NCBI GenBank assembly: GCA_965222605.1
Contig: OZ244960.1
Span: forward strand, 3,776,001 to 3,840,000
Reading direction: 5' to 3'
DNA from: Candidatus Latescibacterota bacterium
Lineage (GTDB): Bacteria > Latescibacterota > UBA2968
DNA: 64,000 nucleotides
Shown here: one piece after another, positions 1-10,393 of the stretch
Layout: every line of letters begins with the position of its first letter
How positions within the stretch are numbered: position 1 is the first letter of the stretch
The notes under the pieces: model-generated
Seen by the model: the letters and a program-made list of their open reading frames with translations, nothing else
What the model was told of the DNA's origin: nothing
The model's database searches: none
Made by a program: the position numbers and the translations under genes

Positions 1-2388
1 GTCTGCTGACTGTTCAGGCGATATGGTGCCAAAGGGAATCATCGCAGCGTTGGATACAAATAACTGCGTCAATTCATCTACTCCTGTCCCATTGCCATTG
101 CCTACCAATCCAAACTCTGGCTCGTTGAGCTGATCTAAAAGAATAAGGGCAAGTGCGAGACTTGCATTGGCGGGGTCTTTCAATTTTTCGGTAATCCCGT
201 CTGTTAAAGCCTCGGCTAAAGGTCCGGGGGCGAGAAATACGTTGGGCGTTTCAATTCGCAACGGGCTGACAAAATTTTTGATCCTGGTTTGATAGACATC
301 TGCTGCCAGAATGAGTTTGTTTTTGACAATGCCTTTGTATCCCACTTCAACGGTTTCTGAGATGGTCGGTCCGATTTTTTTTATGTCTGTCACTGCGTTG
401 GCGAGGTCGGAGATGGAATCGAAACCCTGCGTTTCTGTATTCAGTATTGCAGCTATATTTTGCAGATCCGGTAGTGTCTCTGGAATAATCCCGGGAAAGG
501 TTTCGACGAGTTTTTCGACCATCGCAGCAGCTTGATCTTGTGGTAGGCCAAGCCCGTCTGCGAGAAGCTCTGTTGCGAGAGGTTCCAGTTCTGCCAATAG
601 GCCGTTCAGTATTACCCCTCTGGCAACGTTCCACATCAAATTGGTGCCCTGCGGATCGTGCAGAGAGAAATAGTGATCATTTGGCAGACCCGCTGCGGGC
701 GCAAATGGCGTCCGAAACATGGGTAGCCCATTGCCGTCTCTGCGAAATGTGAATCCGGTCTCGGCTGTGCCCTGGGCGCGAAGGTCAATTGCTGGACTAA
801 ATGCCAACATCGGGCCGAAATTTGTCCCCAGCCCAAAGACATCGGGGACACCGATCCGGTCTAAAAACAAGTCAGTGGTTTCGGGTGTGCTAAATGCGCG
901 GTTATAGGTCAATCTCAGGGCGTTGGCCTGCGTGGGTTTGATGACCAGTGCCGCGCGGGGTGAAAAAAATGGGTTTTCAATATGAGTGTGTTTGTCTATG
1001 CGTCCGGCTAATACCAAATCCATCTGATCGCTCAGGTTTGTTTCACTTTGCAGGTAGATCCCGTATTCATCGGTGTTATCATTTTCTTCATGCATGCCAC
1101 TTATTGTTCCACCTGTCTTGGGCCGGGTTAGCAGCACATCAGCACCATAAGCAAAGTGTTGTTTCTGTCCCAGGCTGGTATTGTGTTGCAATTGCATGAC
1201 TAGCAAATGTGAATTATCTACAATTAGATCGCCGGCTGTGATCAGTTCCGTATCACCCGCATTACTGGTGTTGTAGAAGATTTGTGCAAACCACCCGCGA
1301 TACAACAGGCGGCCTTGATAAAAATTATAGGTCCAGTCTTTGCCCTGGCCCACACCTAAATCCGTCTGTTGAAGACCGCTCATTTTTGAATGGCCCACCG
1401 TCCCTATAAGTGTCAATTCATCAGTTGGTCGGAAATCGAGCCTGAATTCCCCAGTTGTCCTTTCTGCGCTGTAATCTCGTGGATTTTTACCGCGTGCTGC
1501 CACTTCCAGGGAATCGACATATTCCCAGTCATGGGTTGCTGCATATCCACCCGAAATTTTGATCCCGATCTTGTTGTTGAGACTGCTGGCATGCCGCAGT
1601 GATAATTTTCGCACACTGCGCTGACCGCCAGATATAGAAATTGTATTGCCTTCTGATCCAAATGGTGAGCGGGTAATAATGTGCATCACGCCATTGGCGC
1701 TGTTGGGACCGTAAAGCGCGGATCCGGGTCCCAGAACGATTTCAATGCGCTCGATGTCGTCACTGGTAAGCGGGATTATATCATAAGCATTGAGGCGCAG
1801 CGATGGAATGCGGGCAATGCGATTGTCAACGAGTGTGAGCAATGCGCCGGAAAATACACTGTTGAATCCGCGAATCACCATGCTGCCTTGCGAAATGCCC
1901 GTTTGAGCATAGTCAACGCCGGGCAGGGTCTTGACATATTCACTCATTGTCAAGACTTCTCGATTTCTGATTTCAGTTGCATCGACCGTTGCTATCGAAG
2001 CAGGCGCGTCCAGGGCTTTTTCTTGTTTGCGCGATGCCGATACCACGACCTGTTGGCCAATGAGAGCTACGGCGGTCAGACTAAAATTTCGCGTCATACT
2101 TTCGCCAGCGCGGATTTCTACGCCGGATGCAACCATGGTTTCATATCCGATATAACTGATGGTGATTTCGTAAATGCCCGACGGCAAGCGGTCGATGCGA
2201 TAGATCCCCTGGTCATTGGTGATTGCTCCCCGGATGCCTTCAATGGCCGGTCCTTTGACTATGATATTAGCACCGAATAAGATTTCTCCGTCCTCGGTTT
2301 CTACTTTTCCAGTCAAGCTACCCATATTCTGAGCGGCAATCGAGTAAGCACTCCACAGTACGAAAACAAGGATATACAATACACGCAT
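1..2388 (-). CDS. TonB-dependent receptor, paralogue of 2449-5307 (3' end outside the window)
   Basis: ATG at 2388 with AAGGAGG RBS. Signal peptide MRVLYILVFVLWSAYSIAA. Colinear, highly similar DNA to 2920-5307. Missing from the ORF track because no stop lies in the window. Confidence 0.9.
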   Translation of the reverse strand, partial: MRVLYILVFVLWSAYSIAAQNMGSLTGKVETEDGEILFGANIIVKGPAIEGIRGAITNDQGIYRIDRLPSGIYEITISYIGYETMVASGVEIRAGESMTRNFSLTAVALIGQQVVVSASRKQEKALDAPASIATVDATEIRNREVLTMSEYVKTLPGVDYAQTGISQGSMVIRGFNSVFSGALLTLVDNRIARIPSLRLNAYDIIPLTSDDIERIEIVLGPGSALYGPNSANGVMHIITRSPFGSEGNTISISGGQRSVRKLSLRHASSLNNKIGIKISGGYAATHDWEYVDSLEVAARGKNPRDYSAERTTGEFRLDFRPTDELTLIGTVGHSKMSGLQQTDLGVGQGKDWTYNFYQGRLLYRGWFAQIFYNTSNAGDTELITAGDLIVDNSHLLVMQLQHNTSLGQKQHFAYGADVLLTRPKTGGTISGMHEENDNTDEYGIYLQSETNLSDQMDLVLAGRIDKHTHIENPFFSPRAALVIKPTQANALRLTYNRAFSTPETTDLFLDRIGVPDVFGLGTNFGPMLAFSPAIDLRAQGTAETGFTFRRDGNGLPMFRTPFAPAAGLPNDHYFSLHDPQGTNLMWNVARGVILNGLLAELEPLATELLADGLGLPQDQAAAMVEKLVETFPGIIPETLPDLQNIAAILNTETQGFDSISDLANAVTDIKKIGPTISETVEVGYKGIVKNKLILAADVYQTRIKNFVSPLRIETPNVFLAPGPLAEALTDGITEKLKDPANASLALALILLDQLNEPEFGLVGNGNGTGVDELTQLFVSNAAMIPFGTISPEQSAD

Positions 2389-2448
2389 CAAACCCTCCTT
2401 ATCGCAATGGTCCGGATTTTTCTTTATGGAGAAGGGACTGGGAAAGTA

Positions 2449-5307
2449 TTAGAACCGAATATTCAGGCCAGTTAAGACCAGGCGTCCAATAAATGGCGCA
2501 CCGATAAATGATCGATATTCCTGGTTTAACACGTTGCTGGCTTCCACATTCCATGTGGTCTTGAAGCGATCATTTGAAAGTGGCAACTGATATGCGAAAT
2601 TAAGGTCCAATACAGTATAAGCATCTACATCGCCGACATATATACCCGATTGCATTGGAAAACCACCGCGATAGCTCAATTTTCCACTAATCTTGAGTGG
2701 TGTATTGGGCAGTTGGCAATCGACACCGATGTTAAATTTGTGTCTGGGGGCATTGAGGGCAATGTCGCCGATGTTGTCTAAGTTGGGGAACCAGTCTTTG
2801 CTGACATAGGAGTAATTGCCGGTAAAAGTCCACATTTCGTTTGGATAATACGCAAACGATAGGTCAGCACCGTAGAGCGATATGCGACCAAAATTGCGAT
2901 ATGCGACCATCACCGCAGTGGGGTCTGATGCCTGTTCGGCAGATATGGTGCCAAAGGGGATCATCGCGGCGTTGGATACAAATAACTGCGTCAATTCATC
3001 TATGCCTGTGCCATTGCCATTGCCAACCAGGCCCAAATCCGGCAGGTTGAGCTGATCTAAAAGACCGATGGCAATTGCGAGACTTGCATTGGCAGGGTCT
3101 TTCAATTTCTCGGTAATTCCGTTTGCCAGAGCCTCGCTCAAAGGACCGGGTGCGAGAAATACACTGGGTGTTACAATCCGCAACGGGCTGGTGAAATTTC
3201 TTTTTTTGTTTAGATAGACATCGGCTGCCAGAATCAGTTTGTTATTGATGACGCTTTTGTATCCCACTTCAAAGGTTTCTGTGGTGGACGATCTGATTTT
3301 TTTTATGTCTGTCACTGCATTGGCGAGGTCGGGCACGGGATCAAAACTCCGCGTTGCTGTATTTAGTGTCCCGGCCGCATTTTGCAAGCCCGGCAGTTGT
3401 TCGGGAATAACCTTGGGGAAGTCCCCGACCAGTTGTGCGGCTACCGCAGCAGCTTGATCTTGTGGTAGCCCAAGCCGCTCTACGAAAAGCCCTGTTGCGA
3501 GAGGTTCCAGTTCCGCCAAAAGGATATTCATTATTACCGATCTGGCAACGCCCCACATCAAATTGGTGCCCTGGGGATCGTGCAGAGAGAAGTAGTGATC
3601 TTTTGACAAGCCCGCTATGGGCGCGAAGGGCGTCCGAAACAGGGGTAGCCCATTATCGCCTTGAGGAAATGTGAATCCGGTCTCGGCAGTGCCCTGTGCG
3701 CGAACGTCAATTGCTGGACTAAATCCCAATACCGATTGAAGTGCTCCCAGCCCAAAGGCATCGGGAACGCCGACCCGGTCTAAAAATAAGTTGGTGGTTG
3801 AGGGCGTGCTAAATGCGCGGTTATACGTCAATCGCAGGGTGTTGAGCGGCGAGGGTTTAATGACCAGTGCTGCGCGGGGTGAGAAAAACGGGTCTTCAAC
3901 ATGACTGTGCTTGTCAATGCGTCCGGCCAATACCAGATCGATTTGATCGCTCAGGCTGGTTTCACTTTGCAGGTAAAACCCGTATTCATCGATGTTATCA
4001 TTGTCTTCATGTATGCCACTTATTGTGCCCCCTGTCACGGGTCGGGTTCGCAGCACGTCAGCACCATAAGCAAAGTGTTGTTTCTGTCCCAGGCTGGCAT
4101 TGTGTTGCAATTGCAAGACCATCAAATGTGAATTATCTACAATTGGGTCGTCGGGTATGAGCAATCTCGTTTGACCTGCGTTACTGGCGTTGTAGAAGAC
4201 TTGTGCAAACCACCCGCGATACAGCAAGCGTCCTTGATAAAAATTATAGCTCCAGTCTTTTGCCTGGCCCGCGCCCAAACCCGTCAATTCAATGCTGCTT
4301 CTTTTTGTATAACCCGTTGATCCTATGATCGTCAGGTCATCTGTTGGTCGAAAATCGAGTCTGAGTTCCCCCATTGTCGTTTTTGAGTTGTAATCGCGTG
4401 GATTAAAACCGCGCGATTCCACTTCCAGAGGATCGATGTATTCCCAGTCATGGGCTGAACTATGCACACCCGAAACTTTGATCCCGATCTTGTTGTTGAG
4501 ACTGCTGGCGTGCCGCAGTGATAATTTTCGCACACTGCGCTCGCCGCCAGATATCGAAATTGTATTGCCTTCCGATCCAAATGGTGAGCGGGTGATAATG
4601 TGCATCACGCCATTGGCGCTGTTGGGACCGTAAAGCGCGGATCCGGGTCCCAGAACCACTTCAATGCGCTCAATGTCGTCACCGGTAAGGGGGATAAAAT
4701 CAAAGGCATTGAAACGCAGCGAGGGAATGCGGCCAATGCGGTTGTCAACGAGTGTGAGCAGTGCGCCAGAAAATACATTGTTAAATCCGCGAACCACCAC
4801 GTTGCTTTGTGAAATGCCTGTTTTAGAAAAGTCCACGCCTGGTAGGGCTTTGATATGCTCAGTCGGCGACAAGACTCCCCGATCTCTGATTTCAGATGCA
4901 TCGACCGTTGCTATCGAAGCAGGCGCGTCCAGGGCTTTTTCTTGTTTGCGCGATGCCGATACTACGACCTGTTGACCAATAAGGGCTACGGCGGTCAACT
5001 TGAAATCTCGCGTTATACTTTCGCCAGCGCGGATTTCTACGCCGGATGCAACCATGGTTTCATATCCGATATAACTGATGGTGATTTCGTAAATACCCGG
5101 CGGCAAGCGGTCGATGCGATAGATCCCCTGGTCATTGGTGATTGCGCCCCGTATGCCTTCAATGGCCGGTCCTTTGGCTATGACATTGGTCGCGAATAAT
5201 GCTTCTCCCGTCTCATCTTCCACTTTTCCAGTCAAGCTACCCATATCCTGAGCTACGACCGAGCAAGTACTCCACAGTAAGAGAAAAATTACACCCAATG
5301 CACGCAT
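2449..5307 (-). CDS. TonB-dependent receptor with N-terminal carboxypeptidase-regulatory-like domain
   Basis: 952 aa, signal peptide, VVVSASRK box, plug motif IERIEVVLGPGSALYG, C-terminal GLNIRF. Confidence 0.93.
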   Translation of the reverse strand: MRALGVIFLLLWSTCSVVAQDMGSLTGKVEDETGEALFATNVIAKGPAIEGIRGAITNDQGIYRIDRLPPGIYEITISYIGYETMVASGVEIRAGESITRDFKLTAVALIGQQVVVSASRKQEKALDAPASIATVDASEIRDRGVLSPTEHIKALPGVDFSKTGISQSNVVVRGFNNVFSGALLTLVDNRIGRIPSLRFNAFDFIPLTGDDIERIEVVLGPGSALYGPNSANGVMHIITRSPFGSEGNTISISGGERSVRKLSLRHASSLNNKIGIKVSGVHSSAHDWEYIDPLEVESRGFNPRDYNSKTTMGELRLDFRPTDDLTIIGSTGYTKRSSIELTGLGAGQAKDWSYNFYQGRLLYRGWFAQVFYNASNAGQTRLLIPDDPIVDNSHLMVLQLQHNASLGQKQHFAYGADVLRTRPVTGGTISGIHEDNDNIDEYGFYLQSETSLSDQIDLVLAGRIDKHSHVEDPFFSPRAALVIKPSPLNTLRLTYNRAFSTPSTTNLFLDRVGVPDAFGLGALQSVLGFSPAIDVRAQGTAETGFTFPQGDNGLPLFRTPFAPIAGLSKDHYFSLHDPQGTNLMWGVARSVIMNILLAELEPLATGLFVERLGLPQDQAAAVAAQLVGDFPKVIPEQLPGLQNAAGTLNTATRSFDPVPDLANAVTDIKKIRSSTTETFEVGYKSVINNKLILAADVYLNKKRNFTSPLRIVTPSVFLAPGPLSEALANGITEKLKDPANASLAIAIGLLDQLNLPDLGLVGNGNGTGIDELTQLFVSNAAMIPFGTISAEQASDPTAVMVAYRNFGRISLYGADLSFAYYPNEMWTFTGNYSYVSKDWFPNLDNIGDIALNAPRHKFNIGVDCQLPNTPLKISGKLSYRGGFPMQSGIYVGDVDAYTVLDLNFAYQLPLSNDRFKTTWNVEASNVLNQEYRSFIGAPFIGRLVLTGLNIRF

Positions 5308-5585
5308 AACGCCTCCTCAATATTTTTTTCAGCTTTTAATAGCTACCATAATTACTTTGAAATAATAGAGAAAATAAATACAAATGTCACGAACAAAAGC
5401 AGCGATCAGGAGCCATGCCTCTCACGACATAAAGACATATTTGAGAATAAAAATGATAGCCAGCACATCTATGAGCGGATGCACTTCAGAGCCTTTTTTG
5501 CTCAATCGCTTGATTATGGGATAGGCAATAAATCCGAGAGCCAGTCCACGTGATTTTTTCTATTCTCATTTTTTTCTTTTTATAG

Positions 5586-5670
5586 GTGAGACGTTAAAGG
5601 CAGTGAGACGAAAGAGGTGAGACGTGAGAGGGGGTAGGGTCGTCTTACCTTTTATGTTTTACGTCTTAGA
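5586..5670. repeat. Short GTGAGACG repeats with downstream CGTCTTA complements
   Basis: Three GTGAGACG copies at about 5586-5624, then two CGTCTTA copies, in a divergent intergenic region. Confidence 0.5.
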
Positions 5671-5810
5671 TGCGCTTTACATGATACTTGCGTCTGCTCT
5701 TAAATGCAATTAGATTGAAAACTATTGCGCGATAGGTTTGGGTATTTTGCCGAGCACGCCGACGTCAGCAGTTCAAGGGATGTGTCTCACACACACGCAG
5801 GGGAGTTGCC

Positions 5811-6581
5811 ATGACCGAAGATATTGGCCCTTTGCTGAACCACTGGCCGTATGACCCAAAAAACAGCATTCGCAAAATTTTCTCGTCCAAAGGCGTTGAA
5901 AAAATCCAGGTGCGCATAGATCAAGGTCCATTTCAAGGCATTCTACAGATGGAACTCGACGGGCGTCCCGATGGCCGCAGACCGCACAATAGCGCGTTTG
6001 TTCTGGATCATTTTACCGGTAGGCTACGTCGTTTTATTAAAGAACACGGTACATCCGATGGTTTTTCACTGAAAAAGGCGCACTGTCGTGAACTGTTTGA
6101 TGAGAGCCGACTGCTCTACGAGCGATATGTTTTTTTGCTCCAAATACGAGACTATGACCGCGTTATTCGCGATACACAGCGCAACATGGAGCTATTTCGT
6201 TTTGTCAACCAATACGCTGCCGCGGAAAATGACCGTCTCAATCTCGAAAAATGGTGGCCTTATGTTTTGCGAATCCACGCGATTGCGCGCGTGATGATTG
6301 CATCGCAAGAGAACGATTTTACGAAGGGCATCCAAATTATTCGAGATGTGCTCGATAAGATCGAAAATCTGGAAGAAGTAGATGCAGAAGAATTTGCCGT
6401 TGAAAAAAAACGCTCTGTTGAATCTCTGCACGAATTGCTCGACGAACTCGAGCAACAGCGCCCCCTCACGGAATCTGAACGCCTGAAGAAAGAATTGCTC
6501 GAAGCGATTGACAACGAAGAGTTTGAACGCGCTGCCGAGCTTCGAGATCGCATTAATATGATGGGTGAGAAGGATGGGTGA
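5811..6581 (+). CDS. UvrB/UvrC motif-containing protein
   Basis: 256 aa, C-terminal LLEAIDNEEFERAAELRDRI UVR motif, GGGAG RBS. Confidence 0.8.
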   Translation: MTEDIGPLLNHWPYDPKNSIRKIFSSKGVEKIQVRIDQGPFQGILQMELDGRPDGRRPHNSAFVLDHFTGRLRRFIKEHGTSDGFSLKKAHCRELFDESRLLYERYVFLLQIRDYDRVIRDTQRNMELFRFVNQYAAAENDRLNLEKWWPYVLRIHAIARVMIASQENDFTKGIQIIRDVLDKIENLEEVDAEEFAVEKKRSVESLHELLDELEQQRPLTESERLKKELLEAIDNEEFERAAELRDRINMMGEKDG

Positions 6582-6603
6582 GAGGTGCGAGAAGCGAGTT
6601 TTC

Positions 6604-6632
6604 TTGACAGAACAGGACTAAGCCTGTATCTT
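6604..6632 (+). promoter_or_regulatory. Sigma70-type promoter of the ilvB leader
   Basis: TTGACA-17-TATCTT; the same pattern recurs at 12166 and 12997. Confidence 0.65.
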
Positions 6633-6662
6633 TTTTTTCTCACTGAAAGAGAGCACAGAGTT

Positions 6663-6743
6663 ATGACACGTCAGATCACCACATCCCACATTGCAATTAC
6701 AACGGCTGTTGTAGGCCGTGTTGTAGTACTTGTACCTATGTGA
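6663..6743 (+). CDS. ilv leader peptide, 26 aa (MTRQITTSHIAITTAVVGRVVVLVPM)
   Basis: Ile/Val/Thr-rich short ORF upstream of ilvB, adjoining the antiterminator strand. Confidence 0.8.
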   Translation: MTRQITTSHIAITTAVVGRVVVLVPM

Positions 6744-6812
6744 TGGTGGGATTATTGTATCGCAAAAACATCTTAATCCCGTCATCGCTACAATGCAATG
6801 GCGGTTTTTTTT
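6742..6812 (+). terminator. ilvB attenuator
   Basis: 6742-6754 pairs with 6774-6786 (13 bp, 2 G-U). The competing stem 6779-6788/6795-6804 is followed by a T8 run. Confidence 0.8.
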
Positions 6813-6866
6813 GTTTGACAAAGGACGCACGCGCAGGTGTGCTCCGATCTCAAGGAGATTTTTGCA

Positions 6867-8642
6867 ATGGCGAGCAAATCCCAGATTCCGGCATCCGGCA
6901 ATGGCACAACTACCTCTGGCGAAATGAGAGGTGCCGATATTCTGGTTGAATGTCTCATCCGCGAGGGGGTCGAAGTTCTCTTTGGCTATCCCGGAGGGGC
7001 CAGCATGGAAATGCACCAGTCCCTCACGCGCTCCAATATCCAGGTTGTGTTGTGCCGGCACGAACAGGGCGAAATTTTTGCGGCTGAGGGATATGCCAAA
7101 GCCTCGGGCAAAGTCGGCGTGTGTATGGCAACTTCTGGACCGGGTGCTACCAATTTGGTCACGGGGCTGGCAGATGCCAAAATGGACTCTGTGCCGCTTG
7201 TTGCCATTACGGGTCAGGTCTCTACTGCTGTTATTGGTCGCGATGCGTTTCAAGAGACCCCGATTATTGAAGTTACGCGGCAGATTACCAAGCACAATTA
7301 TCTCGTAGATCGCATTGAAGATATTCCCCGCGTTGTCAAAGAGGCGTTTTACGTTGCCTCTTCTGGGCGGCCCGGTCCTGTGCTGATTGATGTTCCCAAA
7401 AATGTGCAGCAAAGTGCTTGCGTGCCCGATTTTCCAGAGACGGTTTCCATTCGCAGCTATAACCCCAATCATATGCACGCCAGCCGCGCGCAAATTCAAG
7501 AGGTCGCCCAGGCGATTTTAGAATCCAAACGCCCGCTTATTTATGCCGGTGGGGGGATTGTGACTTCCGGAGCGTCGGAAGAACTCCGCGCGTTTGCCCG
7601 GAAAACACGCATCCCCGTGGCACAGACTCTGATGGGTCTGGGTGTTTTTCCGCAAACAGATCCCCAGTCTTTGCAAATGCTGGGTATGCACGGGTCGGTT
7701 TACGCCAATTACGCCATCAATCACGCCGACTTATTGCTGGCATTTGGGGTGCGTTTTGATGATCGGGTGACGGGTAAGCTCGAAGAGTTTTGCAAACACG
7801 GTCGCATTGTGCATATCGATATTGATCCTTCTGAGATTAATAAAAACAAGGTCGCCCATTTGCCGATTGTGAGCGATATTAAATATGCCCTACAAGAGCT
7901 AAACAGTGTTGTTGTACCGGGCGATTATCAGGCCTGGTGTGATGAGATTGAAACGTGGCGGGAGAAATATCCCTTCAATTACAAGGATGTGGAAGATGTT
8001 ATTTTGCCCCAGTATGCGATTGAGATGCTCTATAAGATGACGCAGGGTAAGGCCATTATATCCACAGGGGTGGGGCAACACCAGATGTGGGCGGCGCAAT
8101 TTTACCCTTTTGATGAGCCGCGCCGTTGGCTCACGTCGGGTGGTTTGGGGGCGATGGGTTTTGGTTTGCCCGCTGCGCTGGGGGCGCAGTTGGCTTTTCC
8201 CGATGCGCTGGTTATTGATATTGATGGCGATGGCAGTTTTGCGATGAATGTGCAGGAGTTGGCGACGCTTCATGCGGAGAAAATTCCCGTCAAGACTATG
8301 ATTCTCAACAATCAGCATTTGGGCATGGTGGTGCAATGGGAGGATCGTTTTTACAAGAGCAATCGCGGGCATACGTTTATTGGCGATCCGGAAGCAGCGC
8401 AGGCGCATGAAGATATGAGTATTCCGCCTGGTCATGCCATTTTTCCCGATTATGTGACGGTAGCAAAGGGTTTTCGCGTGCCTGCTGAACGGGCGGAACG
8501 CAAGGAGGATCTCGTGCCGGCTATTGATCGCATGATTTCTTCTAATGGTCCCTATTTGCTCGATGTGGTTGTGCCGTATCAAGAGCATGTGCTGCCCATG
8601 ATTCCTTCGGGTATGACGTTTGCCGATATTATTACGGAGTGA
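6867..8642 (+). CDS. ilvB: Acetolactate synthase large subunit
   Basis: [31 protein letters not shown] and the GDGSF...NN ThDP motif; AAGGAG RBS before ATG 6867. Confidence 0.95.
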   Translation: MASKSQIPASGNGTTTSGEMRGADILVECLIREGVEVLFGYPGGASMEMHQSLTRSNIQVVLCRHEQGEIFAAEGYAKASGKVGVCMATSGPGATNLVTGLADAKMDSVPLVAITGQVSTAVIGRDAFQETPIIEVTRQITKHNYLVDRIEDIPRVVKEAFYVASSGRPGPVLIDVPKNVQQSACVPDFPETVSIRSYNPNHMHASRAQIQEVAQAILESKRPLIYAGGGIVTSGASEELRAFARKTRIPVAQTLMGLGVFPQTDPQSLQMLGMHGSVYANYAINHADLLLAFGVRFDDRVTGKLEEFCKHGRIVHIDIDPSEINKNKVAHLPIVSDIKYALQELNSVVVPGDYQAWCDEIETWREKYPFNYKDVEDVILPQYAIEMLYKMTQGKAIISTGVGQHQMWAAQFYPFDEPRRWLTSGGLGAMGFGLPAALGAQLAFPDALVIDIDGDGSFAMNVQELATLHAEKIPVKTMILNNQHLGMVVQWEDRFYKSNRGHTFIGDPEAAQAHEDMSIPPGHAIFPDYVTVAKGFRVPAERAERKEDLVPAIDRMISSNGPYLLDVVVPYQEHVLPMIPSGMTFADIITE

Positions 8643-8658
8643 GCATCTGTGTTGCCGG

Positions 8659-8693
8659 AAATGGACATTGCTCAAAGCGATGTCCATTTTTTT
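8659..8693 (+). terminator. Rho-independent terminator
   Basis: AATGGACATTGC/GCGATGTCCATT stem plus T run. Confidence 0.75.
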
Positions 8694-8702
8694 ATTTTAT
8701 AG

Positions 8703-8731
8703 GGAACGCGAGTGCTGATCTCGTGGTCTAA
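8703..8731 (+). promoter_or_regulatory. Putative ECF (sigmaE-like) autoregulatory promoter
   Basis: GGAAC...GTCTAA upstream of an ECF sigma gene. Confidence 0.45.
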
Positions 8732-8819
8732 TCCTGCGAAACGGATAGACGCACAGGCGCACGCGCAGCATGGCGTAGTCATACCCTACAACGGATGGCT
8801 GCTATAGGAAAAAGATAAC

Positions 8820-9413
8820 GTGGCTGATTTTGAAGAACGGGATCTGATTCGTCAATGCCAAAAGGGCGATGTGCAAGCTTTCCGCCAGTTGGTTGAACGT
8901 TATGAAGACCGAATTTACGGTCTGGCGTGTTCGATTCTCGGCGATAGCGAGATGGCAAAGGATGCGGCGCAAGAGGCGTTTATTAGAGTGTATAGAGCAT
9001 TGGGAAAGTTTGAAGGTCGGTCGAGTTTTTACACGTATTTGTATCGCATTACCACTAATGTTTGTCTCACGTTTGCCCAGCGCGAGCAACGGCGGCCCGA
9101 TCGTGTTTCTATAGAGGGGATGCAAGAGGCGAGCGATATAGCACTGGATCGATTTTTGGGTACGGATGAACCGCAAAATGATATTGAGCGCATTGGTTTG
9201 CGCGAGGAGATTCAGAGGGTGCTCAATTACCTTTCGCCCGAGCATCGCGCGGTGGTGATTCTGAAAGATATAGAGGATCTTTCTCAAGAAGAAATTGCCG
9301 ATGTTTTAGATGTTTCCGTCGGCACTGTTAAATCGAGACTTTCGCGAGCACGGGCGCGTTTACGCGATTTGCTTATGCCGCTGTACCGCGAATGGCAAGG
9401 AGTGGATATATGA
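8820..9413 (+). CDS. ECF RNA polymerase sigma factor
   Basis: DAAQEAFIRVYR, SSFYTYLYRI, region 4 EIADVLDVSVGTVKSRLSRAR. Confidence 0.93.
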   Translation: MADFEERDLIRQCQKGDVQAFRQLVERYEDRIYGLACSILGDSEMAKDAAQEAFIRVYRALGKFEGRSSFYTYLYRITTNVCLTFAQREQRRPDRVSIEGMQEASDIALDRFLGTDEPQNDIERIGLREEIQRVLNYLSPEHRAVVILKDIEDLSQEEIADVLDVSVGTVKSRLSRARARLRDLLMPLYREWQGVDI

Positions 9414-9808
9414 CTGATCGCGATAAATTATTGCTCTATGTTGACGGTAATCTGTCTGCAGAAGACAGGCGCGAAATTGAAGCGCGGATAGCAGAAGATG
9501 CTGAGTTTCGCGCGGAATACGATTTGCTTCGCCATGTGCAGAGACGCCTGAGTAAGCGTCCGATGGATTCTTCGCCGGGGCTGTGGGATGGTATTCAGGC
9601 ACAGATTCAAGAAGAGAGCTTATGGAATAGCCTGGTCTGGGCGGGCAAACGCCTTGTGCCATTGGCCGCTGCCGCTGCTGTTATTTTTATGGTGCTGATA
9701 GATAATGGAAGTACTGAGGCAAATACGGTGTCGGATTATTTCGATTCGCAAACCGAGATGGTGCTGTCAGAGGTGCAACCCGATAGCCTGATTATCTATC
9801 CGGAGTAA
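9410..9808 (+). CDS. Putative transmembrane anti-sigma factor
   Basis: ATGA overlap with the sigma gene, LYVDGNLS ASD-like N-terminus, one TM helix. Confidence 0.75.
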   Translation: MTDRDKLLLYVDGNLSAEDRREIEARIAEDAEFRAEYDLLRHVQRRLSKRPMDSSPGLWDGIQAQIQEESLWNSLVWAGKRLVPLAAAAAVIFMVLIDNGSTEANTVSDYFDSQTEMVLSEVQPDSLIIYPE

Positions 9809-9829
9809 ACAACCGCAAAAGGAACTATC

Positions 9830-10258
9830 ATGATTTCTTTTTCACCTCGCACACAGGCCATTCTTTTCTTTATGGGTATTTTTGCCCTGGGGTTGGTGTG
9901 TGGCGTTGTTGCCGAGCGCAAGTTCTTGCGTCAGCCAGGTCCGCGTGGACGGCCTTATGACTACAATCGCATGATTGAACGCTTGAGCGATGATCTCGAT
10001 TTGTCGGACGAGCAAAAGAGTGCTGTGCGGGCTGCATTTCAGGAACACCGGCGCGAGATTGATACGATGCGCCGACAAATTGGCGAAGATATGCGGTCTC
10101 AAGAGCAGAAATTGCGCGAGAAATTGAAGACGATTCTCACGCCTGAGCAGTTTGAAAAATTTGAGGAAAATAATAGACGTCGAGGATTCCGCGGCCGAGG
10201 TGGCGGCCGCCGAGGTCCCCCGGGAGACCGTCCACCCGGTTCCCGCCGAGGACCATGA
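9830..10258 (+). CDS. Membrane-anchored Spy/CpxP-like periplasmic helical protein
   Basis: N-terminal TM, LDLSDEQ and LTPEQ motifs, RG/P-rich tail. Confidence 0.7.
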   Translation: MISFSPRTQAILFFMGIFALGLVCGVVAERKFLRQPGPRGRPYDYNRMIERLSDDLDLSDEQKSAVRAAFQEHRREIDTMRRQIGEDMRSQEQKLREKLKTILTPEQFEKFEENNRRRGFRGRGGGRRGPPGDRPPGSRRGP

Positions 10259-10393
10259 TTCGCGGCTTTCGCGTTGTGAACAGACGCCGGCCTGAGCACA
10301 GCCGAGGGTTGTTCGATGTTTTACCACAGACAGACAGTATTCGGGGAAATTCCCTCGCTTTCTGCTGCTGTTTAATCAAGAGGAGTAAATATC

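Noticed and set aside
1-5307. TBDR pair as a diversity-generating retroelement template/variable repeat
   Set aside because: The differences are not adenine-specific, both copies are coding, and no reverse transcriptase is in the window.
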